The notes below the pieces were generated by a model. The model ran no database searches, was not told where the DNA came from, and worked only from the letters and a program-made list of their open reading frames with translations. Of a stretch of DNA of 64,000 bases, positions 30,423 through 40,273 are shown one piece after another. Positions within the stretch are counted from its first letter, which is position 1. Each line of letters begins with the position of its first letter. The position numbers and the translations under genes were made by a program. This stretch comes from Paraglaciecola sp. (lineage in GTDB: Bacteria; Pseudomonadota; Gammaproteobacteria; Enterobacterales; Alteromonadaceae), in NCBI GenBank assembly GCA_034111785.1, contig JAWUWP010000020.1, positions 18,735-82,734 on the forward strand. Reading direction: 5' to 3'.

Positions 30423-31544
30423 TTATAAATCTTGCAGTGGGTGTTGCTGTGCTGTCCAAGGTGAAGTAAAAAACTGTTCGATGACCTGCATTGGCACATC
30501 TCTTGGTTGCTTAAATCGCCATGCGGGCTGATGGTCTTTGTCCACCAGTAATGCTCTTACCCCTTCTTGAAATTCACCAAAGGCCCCGCAGACACAAGAC
30601 ATAACCAGTTCCATTTTCAAACACTCAGCCAAGCTCAAATGCTGGCCTCGTTTAAGTTGTTCAAAGACTAAATGGGCAGTAATAGGTGAGCCATGCTTAA
30701 GGGACTGTTGGGCCCGTTGCAACCATTTATTGTCTGCGGCCTCTAGTTGTAGGATCTGTTCGACGATCACCGATACATCTTGACCTTGGGTGACACTATC
30801 AATGCTGTGCTTATGGGTTTTTAACTGACTGCTAGGCAACTGCTCCACATAGTCTGCCGCAAAGCCTTGGCATACAGTCGTCAGTAGTGAATGGTTAGGT
30901 TCGGACTCAGTTTGCCAATGGATTTGTCTAAGAGCCTGCACCAGATCAGCTTTGACCTCATGGCCAATAAAATAATCGGCCAGATCTACATACAAGGCAT
31001 CGGCGCCATTGATAAAGGACCCTGTCAGTCCAAGAAATAATCCACAGCCGGCAGGCATTTTATTTAAGAAATAACTGCCCCCTACATCGGGATACAAACC
31101 GATACTCATCTCTGGCATAGCAAAGCGTGATGTGGCTGTCACTATTCGATGACTGCCACCGGCTATCAGCCCTACTCCTCCCCCCATCGCAATGCCATGA
31201 CCCCAGACTAAAAAGGGTTTGGAGTAGGTATGGATCAGGTGATCCAGTTGATACTCTTGGGTGAAGAATGTTTGTAATGAGGCTGGGGTTTTAGCAGGCG
31301 AGTCAAGCATGCCGTTATGCATAGCCACTACATCACCACCGGCACAGAAGGCTTTATCACTGAGACTATCAAGCAACACTACCGCAATATCGGGATCTTG
31401 TTGCCAAGCCAATAACTGCAGGGTCAGTAATTGGATCATCTCTAGGTTCAAGGCATTTAATGCCGAAGCTTTGTTTAGGCTGGCATGGCCTATTTTTTTA
31501 CCGTCTTGTGCGGCAATTTCAGAAAAAACCACTAAATCAGTCAT
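30423..31544 (-). CDS. 3-hydroxyisobutyryl-CoA hydrolase (enoyl-CoA hydratase/isomerase family, IvdE-like)
   Basis: KAFCAGGDV, GIAMGGGVGL, FAMPE..IGLYPDVG, FQEGVRALLVDKD..P.W. Confidence 0.92.
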   Translation of the reverse strand: MTDLVVFSEIAAQDGKKIGHASLNKASALNALNLEMIQLLTLQLLAWQQDPDIAVVLLDSLSDKAFCAGGDVVAMHNGMLDSPAKTPASLQTFFTQEYQLDHLIHTYSKPFLVWGHGIAMGGGVGLIAGGSHRIVTATSRFAMPEMSIGLYPDVGGSYFLNKMPAGCGLFLGLTGSFINGADALYVDLADYFIGHEVKADLVQALRQIHWQTESEPNHSLLTTVCQGFAADYVEQLPSSQLKTHKHSIDSVTQGQDVSVIVEQILQLEAADNKWLQRAQQSLKHGSPITAHLVFEQLKRGQHLSLAECLKMELVMSCVCGAFGEFQEGVRALLVDKDHQPAWRFKQPRDVPMQVIEQFFTSPWTAQQHPLQDL

Positions 31545-31588
31545 CTCTTTCTCCAGTTTTATTATGGATACAAATGGGCCGGTGATCG

Positions 31589-32761
31589 CTACAGCAAATC
31601 CCCGGCATTTTCGGCCAACACTCTACGACCAATAATCACTCGCATAATTTCGTTAGTACCTTCTAAAATTTGGTGCACTCGCACATCTCGCACATAACGT
31701 TCAAGGGGATATTCGCTAATATAGCCATATCCGCCGTGAATTTGTAGTGCTTGATTGCAGACTTCAAATCCCACATCGGTAGCAAAACGTTTGGCCATAG
31801 CGCAATAAGCCGTACATTCTGGATCCTGTTGGTCCAATTTAAAGGCGGCAAGTCTGACCATTTGCCGGGCGGCGACTAATTCCGTTGCCATATCTGCAAT
31901 CTTAAACTGCAAGGCCTGAAAGGCCGCTAAAGGTTTGCCGAACTGATTGCGCTCTTGCATGTACGACTTAGCGGTATTTAAGGCCTGTTGTGCGGTGCCA
32001 ATAGAGCAAGTGGCGATATTGATACGACCACCATCTAAACCTTTCATCGCCAATGTAAAGCCTTGCCCCTCTTCGCCCAATAAGCTATCGGCAGGGATAG
32101 ACACGTCTTCGAAGGTAATTAACCTGGTAGGCTGAGCATTCCAGCCCATTTTTTGTTCGGCCTTACCATAAATCACCCCTGTTGCATCAGCAGGCACCAC
32201 AAAAGCCGAAATGCCTTTTGCGCCTTCACCACCAGTGCGAGCCATCACCACTAATACTTCGGTTTCACCGGCCCCAGAGATAAACATTTTTGAGCCATTT
32301 AATATATATTCAAGCTCACCCTCTGCATTCTTACCAAGCTTAGCAGAAGTGCGCATCGCCGCGGCATCTGAGCCAGAGCCAGGTTCGGTTAAACAATAAG
32401 AGGCCAGTTTGTTACCCGTGACCAGATCAGGGCACCACAGGGCCTTAATTCTTTGCGTACCCCAAGTCGCGACCATCCAGGTCGCCATATTGTGGATGGT
32501 CATCATAGCGGTGGTGGCAGTGCACCCCATAGCCAGTTGCTCAAATACGATAGACGAATCTAGGCGACTTAAGCCTAATCCACCAGCATTTTGGGGCGTA
32601 TACAAAGCACAAAACCCTAAGCTGCCTGCTTGCTGGATCACCTCTTTCGGAAAATAATGTTCTTTATCCCAACGTGCGGCATGAGGCGCCAGCTCATGCT
32701 GTGCGAACTGCTGTGCCAGCTCGGCAAAGGCGATTTGCTCTTCGCTCAGATTAAAATTCAT
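31589..32761 (-). CDS. branched-chain (isobutyryl-CoA) acyl-CoA dehydrogenase, IvdC-like
   Basis: SYCLTEPGSGSDAA, NGSKMFISG, KMGWNAQPT, GGRINIA, QIHGGYGY, QILEGTNEIM. Confidence 0.94.
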   Translation of the reverse strand: MNFNLSEEQIAFAELAQQFAQHELAPHAARWDKEHYFPKEVIQQAGSLGFCALYTPQNAGGLGLSRLDSSIVFEQLAMGCTATTAMMTIHNMATWMVATWGTQRIKALWCPDLVTGNKLASYCLTEPGSGSDAAAMRTSAKLGKNAEGELEYILNGSKMFISGAGETEVLVVMARTGGEGAKGISAFVVPADATGVIYGKAEQKMGWNAQPTRLITFEDVSIPADSLLGEEGQGFTLAMKGLDGGRINIATCSIGTAQQALNTAKSYMQERNQFGKPLAAFQALQFKIADMATELVAARQMVRLAAFKLDQQDPECTAYCAMAKRFATDVGFEVCNQALQIHGGYGYISEYPLERYVRDVRVHQILEGTNEIMRVIIGRRVLAENAGDLL

Positions 32762-32769
32762 ATATGCCT

Positions 32770-33555
32770 CTACTTAAGTGTAATAATCATGTTAGGACCT
32801 GTGGCACTATCGTCTTCAAACCAACGAGCGCTGATCGTTTTGGTCTCGGTATAAAAACCTATGGCTTGTTTACCTCAAGCCAGTAGATCCCCATAAAAAG
32901 AGTTTTTCCAACCGGTCAAAGAGAAAAAGGGCAGAGGTACCGGGATAGGAATATTGATCCCCACTTGCCCCACTTCAACCTCTTGTTGATATTTGCGCGC
33001 AGCAGCTCCACTGGCAGTAAAAATCGAGGTGCCGTTACCGTAAGAGTGACGATTCACCAAGGCGATAGCCAAGGGAAACATCCAAAGGGGGATCATGGCC
33101 GGAAAATTAAAAGCCGTGATACCCAAACAGACACCTAATGGTTGGGTATCGCGGTAGGTATCGATCCCTCTGGCGAGGGTACCAACGGTTTCGCCCATCA
33201 TCATAGCGGGCACATTCATCCCTTGCTCAACTACCTCAATACCTCGCCATACACCACCCTTAGCATCAGCAAAAGTCTTACCTGTTTCACTGCTGAGCAA
33301 CTCGGCGATCTGGTCGTGATTTTCCTTCAAAAGTTGCTGATAGCGCATCATCACTCTGGCGCGCTCTGAAACTGGTACTTGTGAGCAACTCGTCAAAGCC
33401 GTTTTCGCGCTGCTCACGGCTCGGGCTATGTCTGCTTGAGTGGAACAAGGCAGCGGCGCAATCTGAGTATGGTTGGCAGGGTTGGTCACAGAAATTAATT
33501 CTGTGGATGCAGAGATAAAAAACGCTCCATCAATCAGCGAGGGGACAGGCTGCAT
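32770..33555 (-). pseudogene. mmsA: CoA-acylating methylmalonate-semialdehyde dehydrogenase pseudogene
   Basis: The N-part (FNFPAMIPLWMFPLAIA) is fused directly to the C-part (LVNRHSYGNGTSIFT...GINIPIPVPLPFFS). In-frame TGA at 32875-32877, after which GKQAIGFYTETKTISARWFEDD..GPNM continues to TAG at 32770. Confidence 0.9.
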
Positions 33556-33614
33556 ACATTACCTTTACTAAGATGATTGCTTAATAGATAAACCTAAGGT
33601 TAACAAACTTTCAG

Positions 33615-33632
33615 CTTAACCTTAACGTTAAC
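33615..33632. promoter_or_regulatory. probable LiuR (MerR-family) operator
   Basis: cTTAACCTTAACGTTAAc versus the LiuR consensus sTTTACGTwwACGTAAAs (3 mismatches). 60 bp upstream of the ivd/mms operon. Confidence 0.6.
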
Positions 33633-33787
33633 TTAAGGTAATCAAAAAGTTCCACTGTCACATTAACGATACAGACCGAAATTGGATCTTTTAGCCACCC
33701 ATTGGCAGGGTTAAATAAAAAGTACATTATTTTTTGTTCACCCCTGATATGCTATTGAAAATACTCAACAAATATAGCGCCGCTACT

Positions 33788-35479
33788 ATGTCGTATAATA
33801 AGGTTAGAGTTGCCGTTGTTGAAGATAACGGTATGGCCAGAGCAAATTTGCGCAATCACTTGTTGGATATGGGCTTTAGCCTAATAGCCTGCTTTAGTAA
33901 TGGCCGCGAATTAAAAGCCAATATGAGATCCCATCGCATCGACTTATTGTTAATGGATTTCCATTTGGGTCAGAATAAAAATGGGGTCGAAGTGGTACAA
34001 GAGCTGCAAAAGCAGGGACTCATTACCCATACCACTTGTGTGATGTTTGTCACCTCTGACAGAATGCCTTTAATAATAGGGCAAATTGTTGATGTGCACC
34101 CTGAGGCTTTAGTGATCAAGCCCTACACTATTCGTAATTTAATGAAGAACATCTCTAGCTGTTTTAATTCACACAGGTACATGATGCCTGTCTATAAAGC
34201 CATGGACCAGAATGATAATGATCAAGCACTAGAAGAGATAGATCGATTATTAGAAGAAAATGCCCAGCCACGGCTAAAAGGCCCGCTGATCAAGCTACGA
34301 GCCCGCATATTGACTAAATTAGACCGCTATTCGGAAGCGGCCCAGCACTATAAAGACATTTTACAGCGATCTAGCAAAGTGATATGGGCCAAGTGGGGAC
34401 TGATCCAAAATTTGCACTTAGACGGATTAGTAGACGAAAGTGAAGATTTATTAAACGAACTGACTCGGTCCCAATTAACCAATGGCAAAGCCTGCGAGTG
34501 GTTAGCGCGAATTAGTGTCAGTAAGAATCAATTCAGTAAAGCGGAAGAGTATATTTTACAAATCCGCGATGGTGAGCTGTCCATAGCGGCGACTAAACTC
34601 AAAGCGCATATTTATCAAGCACAGCAAAGAGGCGATGAGGCCATCAGCCTATTAGAAAAAAAGCGCGAATCCAATCGCTCTATCCGTGAACGCTTCGATG
34701 AAATATCCCTTGATTTAGCCCGATGTTATATTGCCGAAGCCGAGACCAAACCCTTACTAGAAAGAGCTAACGATTTACATACCGCTAAGATTTTAATCAG
34801 TGGTGCTGGCCGCAAACCTGCTGACGCGAGTTTATCTATGCGTAAGGACTATATGTATGCCATGGCCGCCTATTTAGAAGGGGATCCGCAAAAATGCAAA
34901 GAGTTGTTGAGCAAGCCCGGAATGGACGAGTTAGAGCATGCTGATATATCCACCATCACTGACGCGGTGAATGTTTGGCGAAATATCGGTGACAAGGACA
35001 AAGCTAAAAAGTTACTCCGTTTAAGTACTGAAAAACTCAAAGGCATAGAAGAAAGTAACGAAAAAACGGTGGCGGGTATGTTAATTACCGCCAGTGAAGA
35101 TGCAATAGGCGAGAAAAAACCACAAGCCTTAGATTTGAACAAGACAGGCCTGCAACATTACACTGCCAAAGATTATCAAAAAGCCACAGAGCAATTCTAT
35201 CAAGCCTATCAACTGTTCCCCCGTGAACTGGCTTTTAGCTTAAATTTATTACAAGGCATGGTCGACGCACAAATTATTGATTTCAAGGGTATTCGCACCT
35301 TAGATTTCCTTGCGGAACTACAAAACCGTAAAATGACCCTGGTCAATAAAAGGCGTTGCCAAGAGTTGGCTAAGCGCATCGAGCACAACAAAGAGTTCTA
35401 CGGCGTGAAGAAAGAGGGGCAAAAAGAGACTCAACAACAGATCAGCAATGCCCCCAATAGACTGGCTGGAACTAAATAA
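33788..35479 (+). CDS. response regulator with receiver domain and TPR repeats
   Basis: VAVVED, LLMDFHLG, FVTSD and IKPY receiver motifs, followed by helical TPR repeats. Start moved from TTG 33734 to ATG 33788. Confidence 0.88.
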   Translation: MSYNKVRVAVVEDNGMARANLRNHLLDMGFSLIACFSNGRELKANMRSHRIDLLLMDFHLGQNKNGVEVVQELQKQGLITHTTCVMFVTSDRMPLIIGQIVDVHPEALVIKPYTIRNLMKNISSCFNSHRYMMPVYKAMDQNDNDQALEEIDRLLEENAQPRLKGPLIKLRARILTKLDRYSEAAQHYKDILQRSSKVIWAKWGLIQNLHLDGLVDESEDLLNELTRSQLTNGKACEWLARISVSKNQFSKAEEYILQIRDGELSIAATKLKAHIYQAQQRGDEAISLLEKKRESNRSIRERFDEISLDLARCYIAEAETKPLLERANDLHTAKILISGAGRKPADASLSMRKDYMYAMAAYLEGDPQKCKELLSKPGMDELEHADISTITDAVNVWRNIGDKDKAKKLLRLSTEKLKGIEESNEKTVAGMLITASEDAIGEKKPQALDLNKTGLQHYTAKDYQKATEQFYQAYQLFPRELAFSLNLLQGMVDAQIIDFKGIRTLDFLAELQNRKMTLVNKRRCQELAKRIEHNKEFYGVKKEGQKETQQQISNAPNRLAGTK

Positions 35480-35544
35480 ACATAGGGGCCACTTTAGTTA
35501 AAGAGCGGTTAAATCCGTCAAGATAGCCTTCAACTCACACACAT

Positions 35545-36246
35545 TTACACAAAGCTGAACTTATTATCATTGGGTTTCTTGGCCAGAAAAATCGTATGTC
35601 TACTGCCTTTTCCTGGTCGCGATCGGACTATGCAGGTATCGACTTTATAGCCCGCTTCTTTTAGGCGTACAGTAAACAAATAGTCTGGACCAGCCGACCA
35701 AATAGCCAATACGCCTTTAGGTTTAAGCGTGGCAAAAATATGTTGGAGTCCGGCTAATGAATATATCCAATTGTTATTTGAATGAGTCAATCCTTCTGGA
35801 CCATTATCTACATCCAACAAAATCGCATCAAAAGTAGGCTGTGCAGATGATAATAATTCTCTTACATCCCCCAGATGGACTTTGACTCTTGGGTCTTGCA
35901 AGGGACTGCCCGCACAATCGCCTAATGGACCTTGATTCCAGGTCAGCACTTCTGGCACCAATTCGGCCACTGTTACCTGTGAGCTAGCAGTGACAGCCTT
36001 AAGTGCCGCCGCTAACGTATATCCCATGCCTAATCCCCCGACTAACACTTGGGCATTGTCCACAGATCTGAGGTGTGTGCAGCCGAGTTTTGACAATTCT
36101 TTTTCAGAATTATAAACGCGGCTGTTCATTAATTCACCCCGTATACCCGATAGACGAATAGAAAATTCATTGTCTCGCCGAGCAAAGGTCAATTCACCGC
36201 CATTATTGGGTATGGTTGCCGTGCCTAATTTGGTCCAAGGGATCAT
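35545..36246 (-). CDS. spermidine synthase-like SAM-dependent methyltransferase-fold protein
   Basis: ELMNSR...SE, VLVGGLGMGYTL, VAELVP, FDAILLDVDNGP, GVLAIWSA. Confidence 0.85.
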   Translation of the reverse strand: MIPWTKLGTATIPNNGGELTFARRDNEFSIRLSGIRGELMNSRVYNSEKELSKLGCTHLRSVDNAQVLVGGLGMGYTLAAALKAVTASSQVTVAELVPEVLTWNQGPLGDCAGSPLQDPRVKVHLGDVRELLSSAQPTFDAILLDVDNGPEGLTHSNNNWIYSLAGLQHIFATLKPKGVLAIWSAGPDYLFTVRLKEAGYKVDTCIVRSRPGKGSRHTIFLAKKPNDNKFSFV

Positions 36247-36355
36247 AATATTGTAGTGTGCCTAAGGAGTGATAAACAGCCTATGCTAGCATAAATCCAT
36301 GAGCCACATAGAGATGGCCGTCATTAATCAACAATGATGGGCACAGTTGCATCAT

Positions 36356-36700
36356 TCAATAAGCAGGGATCTTAGTGCTTGCCAAAATATTAAGCAGCGG
36401 GGCTGTAGTTGCCTCACTCCCTGTGTCATAGAAAAAGCGGCGACATTTTCTGTTTAGCCACGGTGACGAGCCCCCCATTGCTGACCATAGATAATAATGA
36501 AACTCAGCTTGGCTGCCCCATAACATAGTGGCATGAACAATCACCTCAATAATGATTATGCCCCTGGTTAAGCCCAAGTGTTTTATTGTAGTGGTGTAGA
36601 AAGTCGTCAACCAGAATACAATGCTGAACACATTTATCCAAAGGAGACTTTACATATCAAAGGTTACAAATAGATATGAAAGAGGGGGCCAACAAATGCG
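36356..36700 (-). pseudogene. remnant of a membrane sensor domain (cyclase-associated type)
   Basis: INVFSIVFWL...IEVIVHA...GSQAEFHYYLW resembles the TM region of membrane di/adenylate cyclases. No catalytic domain follows and the upstream frame is broken. Confidence 0.35.
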
Positions 36701-36859
36701 AAACGGCTCAATAGTGAGCTTAAGAAGGCTTGTCTGTGACCACCAGTTAAGTGTGCAAAATTGACCTCTAAAAAATCTTGGGTCTGTTCATTGTGCAATA
36801 CACCTTTAGTTTTATTCATGCCACCTTCTTTTATCCATCAATTTGAGCCCAACAGCGGC

Positions 36860-39106
36860 TTATAATGAATGGTACTTCTCATTAAGGACTTCTAGGGGGA
36901 TGGGTTTGTCATACAGATAACCTTGCACATAATCACAACCCATGTTTCTCAACTTAACTTCAACATTATGGGTTTCCACACCCTCTGCAATCACCTTAAT
37001 ATCGAGATCTTTGGCCAACTGAATTATGGCCCTAACAATACTTTGGCTGTTTTCATTCTCACACAGATCAGAAATAAAACTCTGGTCGATTTTAATATAA
37101 TCAAAGGGCAGCATTTTCAGGTAATAAAGGGAGGTATAGCCGGTGCCAAAGTCATCAATTGCCACTGAGAAACCCGCGTCTTTTATCTTATTGATCACCA
37201 TCGATGACTGTTCAATATCTTCTAATATTGCCGTCTCTGTGACTTCGAATATAAATTTGTTCTTGAGTCCTGCATTTTGTAAATCACTCAGAAAAACATG
37301 GATATAATCGACGTTTCTAAAATGTAAGGACGATAAATTTATACTGACATAGCCTAGCCAATTGCTGGCTGCGATAGACTGCAGGCATTTGGCAAAGGAC
37401 CAATTGTCAATGTCGTAAATGATTTCCAACTTCTCAGCTATAGGTATAAATATAGCTGGCGATACTGTGCCTAATTCTATGTTATCCCACCTAAGTAACA
37501 GTTCGGCACCTATCACTTTAGACTCCTTGAGATCAACTATGGGCTGATAAACATGATGATATTCATTGTGTGATCTGGCTTGCCTAAGTTGGACTTCCAT
37601 TTTGCTGGCACTGATCAGATCAGACAACATATGGTTGTCGAAGAATTCGCAGCCATTAACACGATTATGCTTACTTTGATACATGGCTATATCGGCATAT
37701 TGCACCAGCTCTTCGGCATTTTCTGAGTGTTCAGGAAAGACACTAATACCGATGCTGACTCCTAACCTATAGGTTTTACCTTCGATAACAAAAGGCGAAG
37801 CAAAGATTTCATTCACCTTATTCGCTAGTTCTTCCAGGTAAACCCTAGAGACTGGGGCTTCACATACAAAGAGAAATTCATCACCGCCTAATCTTGCTAA
37901 TGTGATGCTATCGGATGTCACTTTTGCCAGTTGTGATGAGACCTCTTTGAGGATCTGATCACCTGTGGTGTGCCCATATAGGTCATTTATTTTTTTGAAA
38001 CCATCAAGATCCGCATACAAAACCCCAATATTTTGCTGGTTATTATGTCCCTGTAAACAGGCTCTTCTGAGCTTGTCTAAAATTGCCGAACGATTAAAAA
38101 TCCCGGTTAATGAGTCTGTCTGAGCAATTAATTCAGTTTCTTTTTGTTTATTTTGCAAGGCGGTGACATCTTTCAGCATAAAGCCATAATAATCACTAGT
38201 GTCGGCGGTGGCAGATATTTTCATTGCGCTGACAGCCATAAAACACTGACCTTGACTGAGTGTCTTGTAATCAATATTTGCTGTCCACGCGCCTTCTTTA
38301 TGCAACTGAGCAGCCATATCTCCCTGGGAAGCGCTGAATACATTATTTAGCCAAAAATTACTGGCTATAGACAATGACAGGTTACCTTGCTCTATTTTTT
38401 CAAAGCTGGCTTTGTTAGCCGCCACTAATGTCCAGTTGCTATCAAAAAGTAAAACGCCATCGTTGGCGTCATCAAACAGTCTTTTGTAGACACTTAAAGA
38501 ATCGGCATACTTAGTCAAAGCGATTTTATCAGCCATCAATCTAGGGTAGACCAGTAGTTGAAAAACATAGCAAACAATAAAAAGCAGCAGTAGAAAGCTG
38601 CCGACCACTGCACCGGTGAGAGCAGCCTCAGCCTTTGTGGCCGCATTTTCCATTAGGGCCACACCTTTGTCTAAATCGGCTAGTACTTGTTCAGACTCAA
38701 GGTATAACTCCCATGCCTCAATCTCTATGCCATTATTCACTAAGCTGCGTAGGCTATTGGTATAAATGGATAATAAAGCTCGCTTCTCCTTGAAATAGAC
38801 CCGCTCGTTAGCCATATTATCTTTGGACGCAAGCATTGTATTAATAGACAAGGCATTGCTTTCGAGCAGAGTGATCCCCTCTTCAAAATCGTTGAGGATC
38901 AGTGCATCAAATTCTGGTAATAATGCGATGTAAGCTAGCTTTTGGCTAAGCATGCGCTGTTGGCCAGAGGCGTTGATCAGTTGAGAAAACCCACTGACTT
39001 GCTGCTGGCACATCCACACCCAATAAACCGACAGCACAAACAGACCCGAGAGTATGGCTAAGCCTATTTTTACCCGTTTTTTATTGTCCGTACTTCCTGA
39101 AAGCAT
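36860..39106 (-). CDS. membrane PilJ/NarX-sensor PAS-GGDEF-EAL protein
   Basis: TM, INASGQQRMLSQK, TM, PAS, DSLTGIFNR, RLGGDEF, YQP...GAELLLRW, IDDFGTGY, IKID, AEGVET, QGY. Confidence 0.92.
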   Translation of the reverse strand: MLSGSTDNKKRVKIGLAILSGLFVLSVYWVWMCQQQVSGFSQLINASGQQRMLSQKLAYIALLPEFDALILNDFEEGITLLESNALSINTMLASKDNMANERVYFKEKRALLSIYTNSLRSLVNNGIEIEAWELYLESEQVLADLDKGVALMENAATKAEAALTGAVVGSFLLLLFIVCYVFQLLVYPRLMADKIALTKYADSLSVYKRLFDDANDGVLLFDSNWTLVAANKASFEKIEQGNLSLSIASNFWLNNVFSASQGDMAAQLHKEGAWTANIDYKTLSQGQCFMAVSAMKISATADTSDYYGFMLKDVTALQNKQKETELIAQTDSLTGIFNRSAILDKLRRACLQGHNNQQNIGVLYADLDGFKKINDLYGHTTGDQILKEVSSQLAKVTSDSITLARLGGDEFLFVCEAPVSRVYLEELANKVNEIFASPFVIEGKTYRLGVSIGISVFPEHSENAEELVQYADIAMYQSKHNRVNGCEFFDNHMLSDLISASKMEVQLRQARSHNEYHHVYQPIVDLKESKVIGAELLLRWDNIELGTVSPAIFIPIAEKLEIIYDIDNWSFAKCLQSIAASNWLGYVSINLSSLHFRNVDYIHVFLSDLQNAGLKNKFIFEVTETAILEDIEQSSMVINKIKDAGFSVAIDDFGTGYTSLYYLKMLPFDYIKIDQSFISDLCENENSQSIVRAIIQLAKDLDIKVIAEGVETHNVEVKLRNMGCDYVQGYLYDKPIPLEVLNEKYHSL

Positions 39107-39565
39107 GCACTACCCTTACGCTAAATATATCAACTACAGACCTAATCGATGTAGGTCAAAACATTTACCGATTATTGCGGCAGGAATTGTGGCGAAAACA
39201 AGGCTAATAATCATTCTATTATACATAAAAAATATATTTAAACTTGCCTTTAAAGGACTCGTTTCCACAAAGGTTTAGATATGAAGCCTCCTCCAAAATC
39301 ACTTATTATTCGCGCTGATTGTCCATAGCTTTTATAAGCCATGGTTGTCTGTAAGCACACTATCTGCTGATCTTTATTCAGCATTGCGCTTTATGTGAAG
39401 TCATCAGAACCGAGTGTTTATCTGTTGCGGGTATAGGCTTTGCAACTCATAGTTTGGGGTTTGAGATCGCCAGCATAGAATGTGGGGGGCAAGGTGGGTA
39501 TTGGGGGCAGAGAGACACGTACCAAGGGTGAGATTACTTGGCGGGCATTAATATCAGATTAGGCA

Positions 39566-39596
39566 AGCATTCACTGCAGTCTCGGCAGTGAATGCT
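39566..39596. repeat. perfect 12-bp inverted repeat (stem-loop)
   Basis: AGCATTCACTGC-agtctcg-GCAGTGAATGCT, about 100 bp downstream of the YHS gene. No clear U tract. Confidence 0.7.
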
Positions 39597-39692
39597 CAAA
39601 CTAAAAGGGTACGTTATGCCTTGGCTTAGGCTTTTATTATGCCCCACACTTTTCATATAGAAAGCCCTCGAATTACAAGGGCATAAGGTAAT

Positions 39693-40160
39693 TTATAGTT
39701 GGTCTGCCGATATAAATTCTATTTTTGGCCATTGAGCGTCAGCTTCAACTAGATACTTAGGGATATTCTGCGCCCAAGTTTCGTATACGTCTTTATTTTT
39801 ATTCACGTACAGTTGACCATCGACTATCTCAAATGCTTTGCCGTCTATTGGAAATTTCTTAGCAAAAGTAGCACCAAATGCACAGAACCCTCCATAGGCT
39901 GGTGCGTATTTTTCTGGGCTCTTTTTAAATGTATCGCGATTTTCTGCTGAACTAAAACGGTAGATAGCATCTTGATGTATGGCGGTAAACTCGGCTGAGC
40001 CTAAAACAGGCTTATCTTGCGTAAAATAAGCGACAGCGTCATGTCCAGCCAAAATAACCTGGTTGTTGTCAGTGTGTGTGTCGTCACCGGCAAATACCGA
40101 GCTGGTTAGACTCAGACCTATTACTAATAATAGGGTGTGTATATTAATAAATTTATGCAT
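39693..40160 (-). CDS. exported YHS-domain protein
   Basis: Signal peptide, GHDAVAYF, YRFSSAENRDTF...PEKYAPAYGGFCAFG, IVDGQLYVN, ADAQWP. Confidence 0.88.
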   Translation of the reverse strand: MHKFINIHTLLLVIGLSLTSSVFAGDDTHTDNNQVILAGHDAVAYFTQDKPVLGSAEFTAIHQDAIYRFSSAENRDTFKKSPEKYAPAYGGFCAFGATFAKKFPIDGKAFEIVDGQLYVNKNKDVYETWAQNIPKYLVEADAQWPKIEFISADQL

Positions 40161-40273
40161 AATGATCTCACTTGTTGATGACGTTTAGCTTAGGTTTTTT
40201 CACGGCGCAAAGATTACCCAATATCTGGTATGCTAAATATGTCTGAAGCAACACAGGTTATGTCCAATCGTCT

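Noticed and set aside
29972-30469. Long antisense ORFs (this one, 17815-18198, 31261-31635, 45850-46261, 232-573 and similar)
   Set aside because: They are shadows of well-supported genes on the opposite strand and have no recognisable motifs.
39693-40160. YHS protein as a selenoprotein
   Set aside because: The relevant codon is TGT (Cys) and there is no in-frame TGA.
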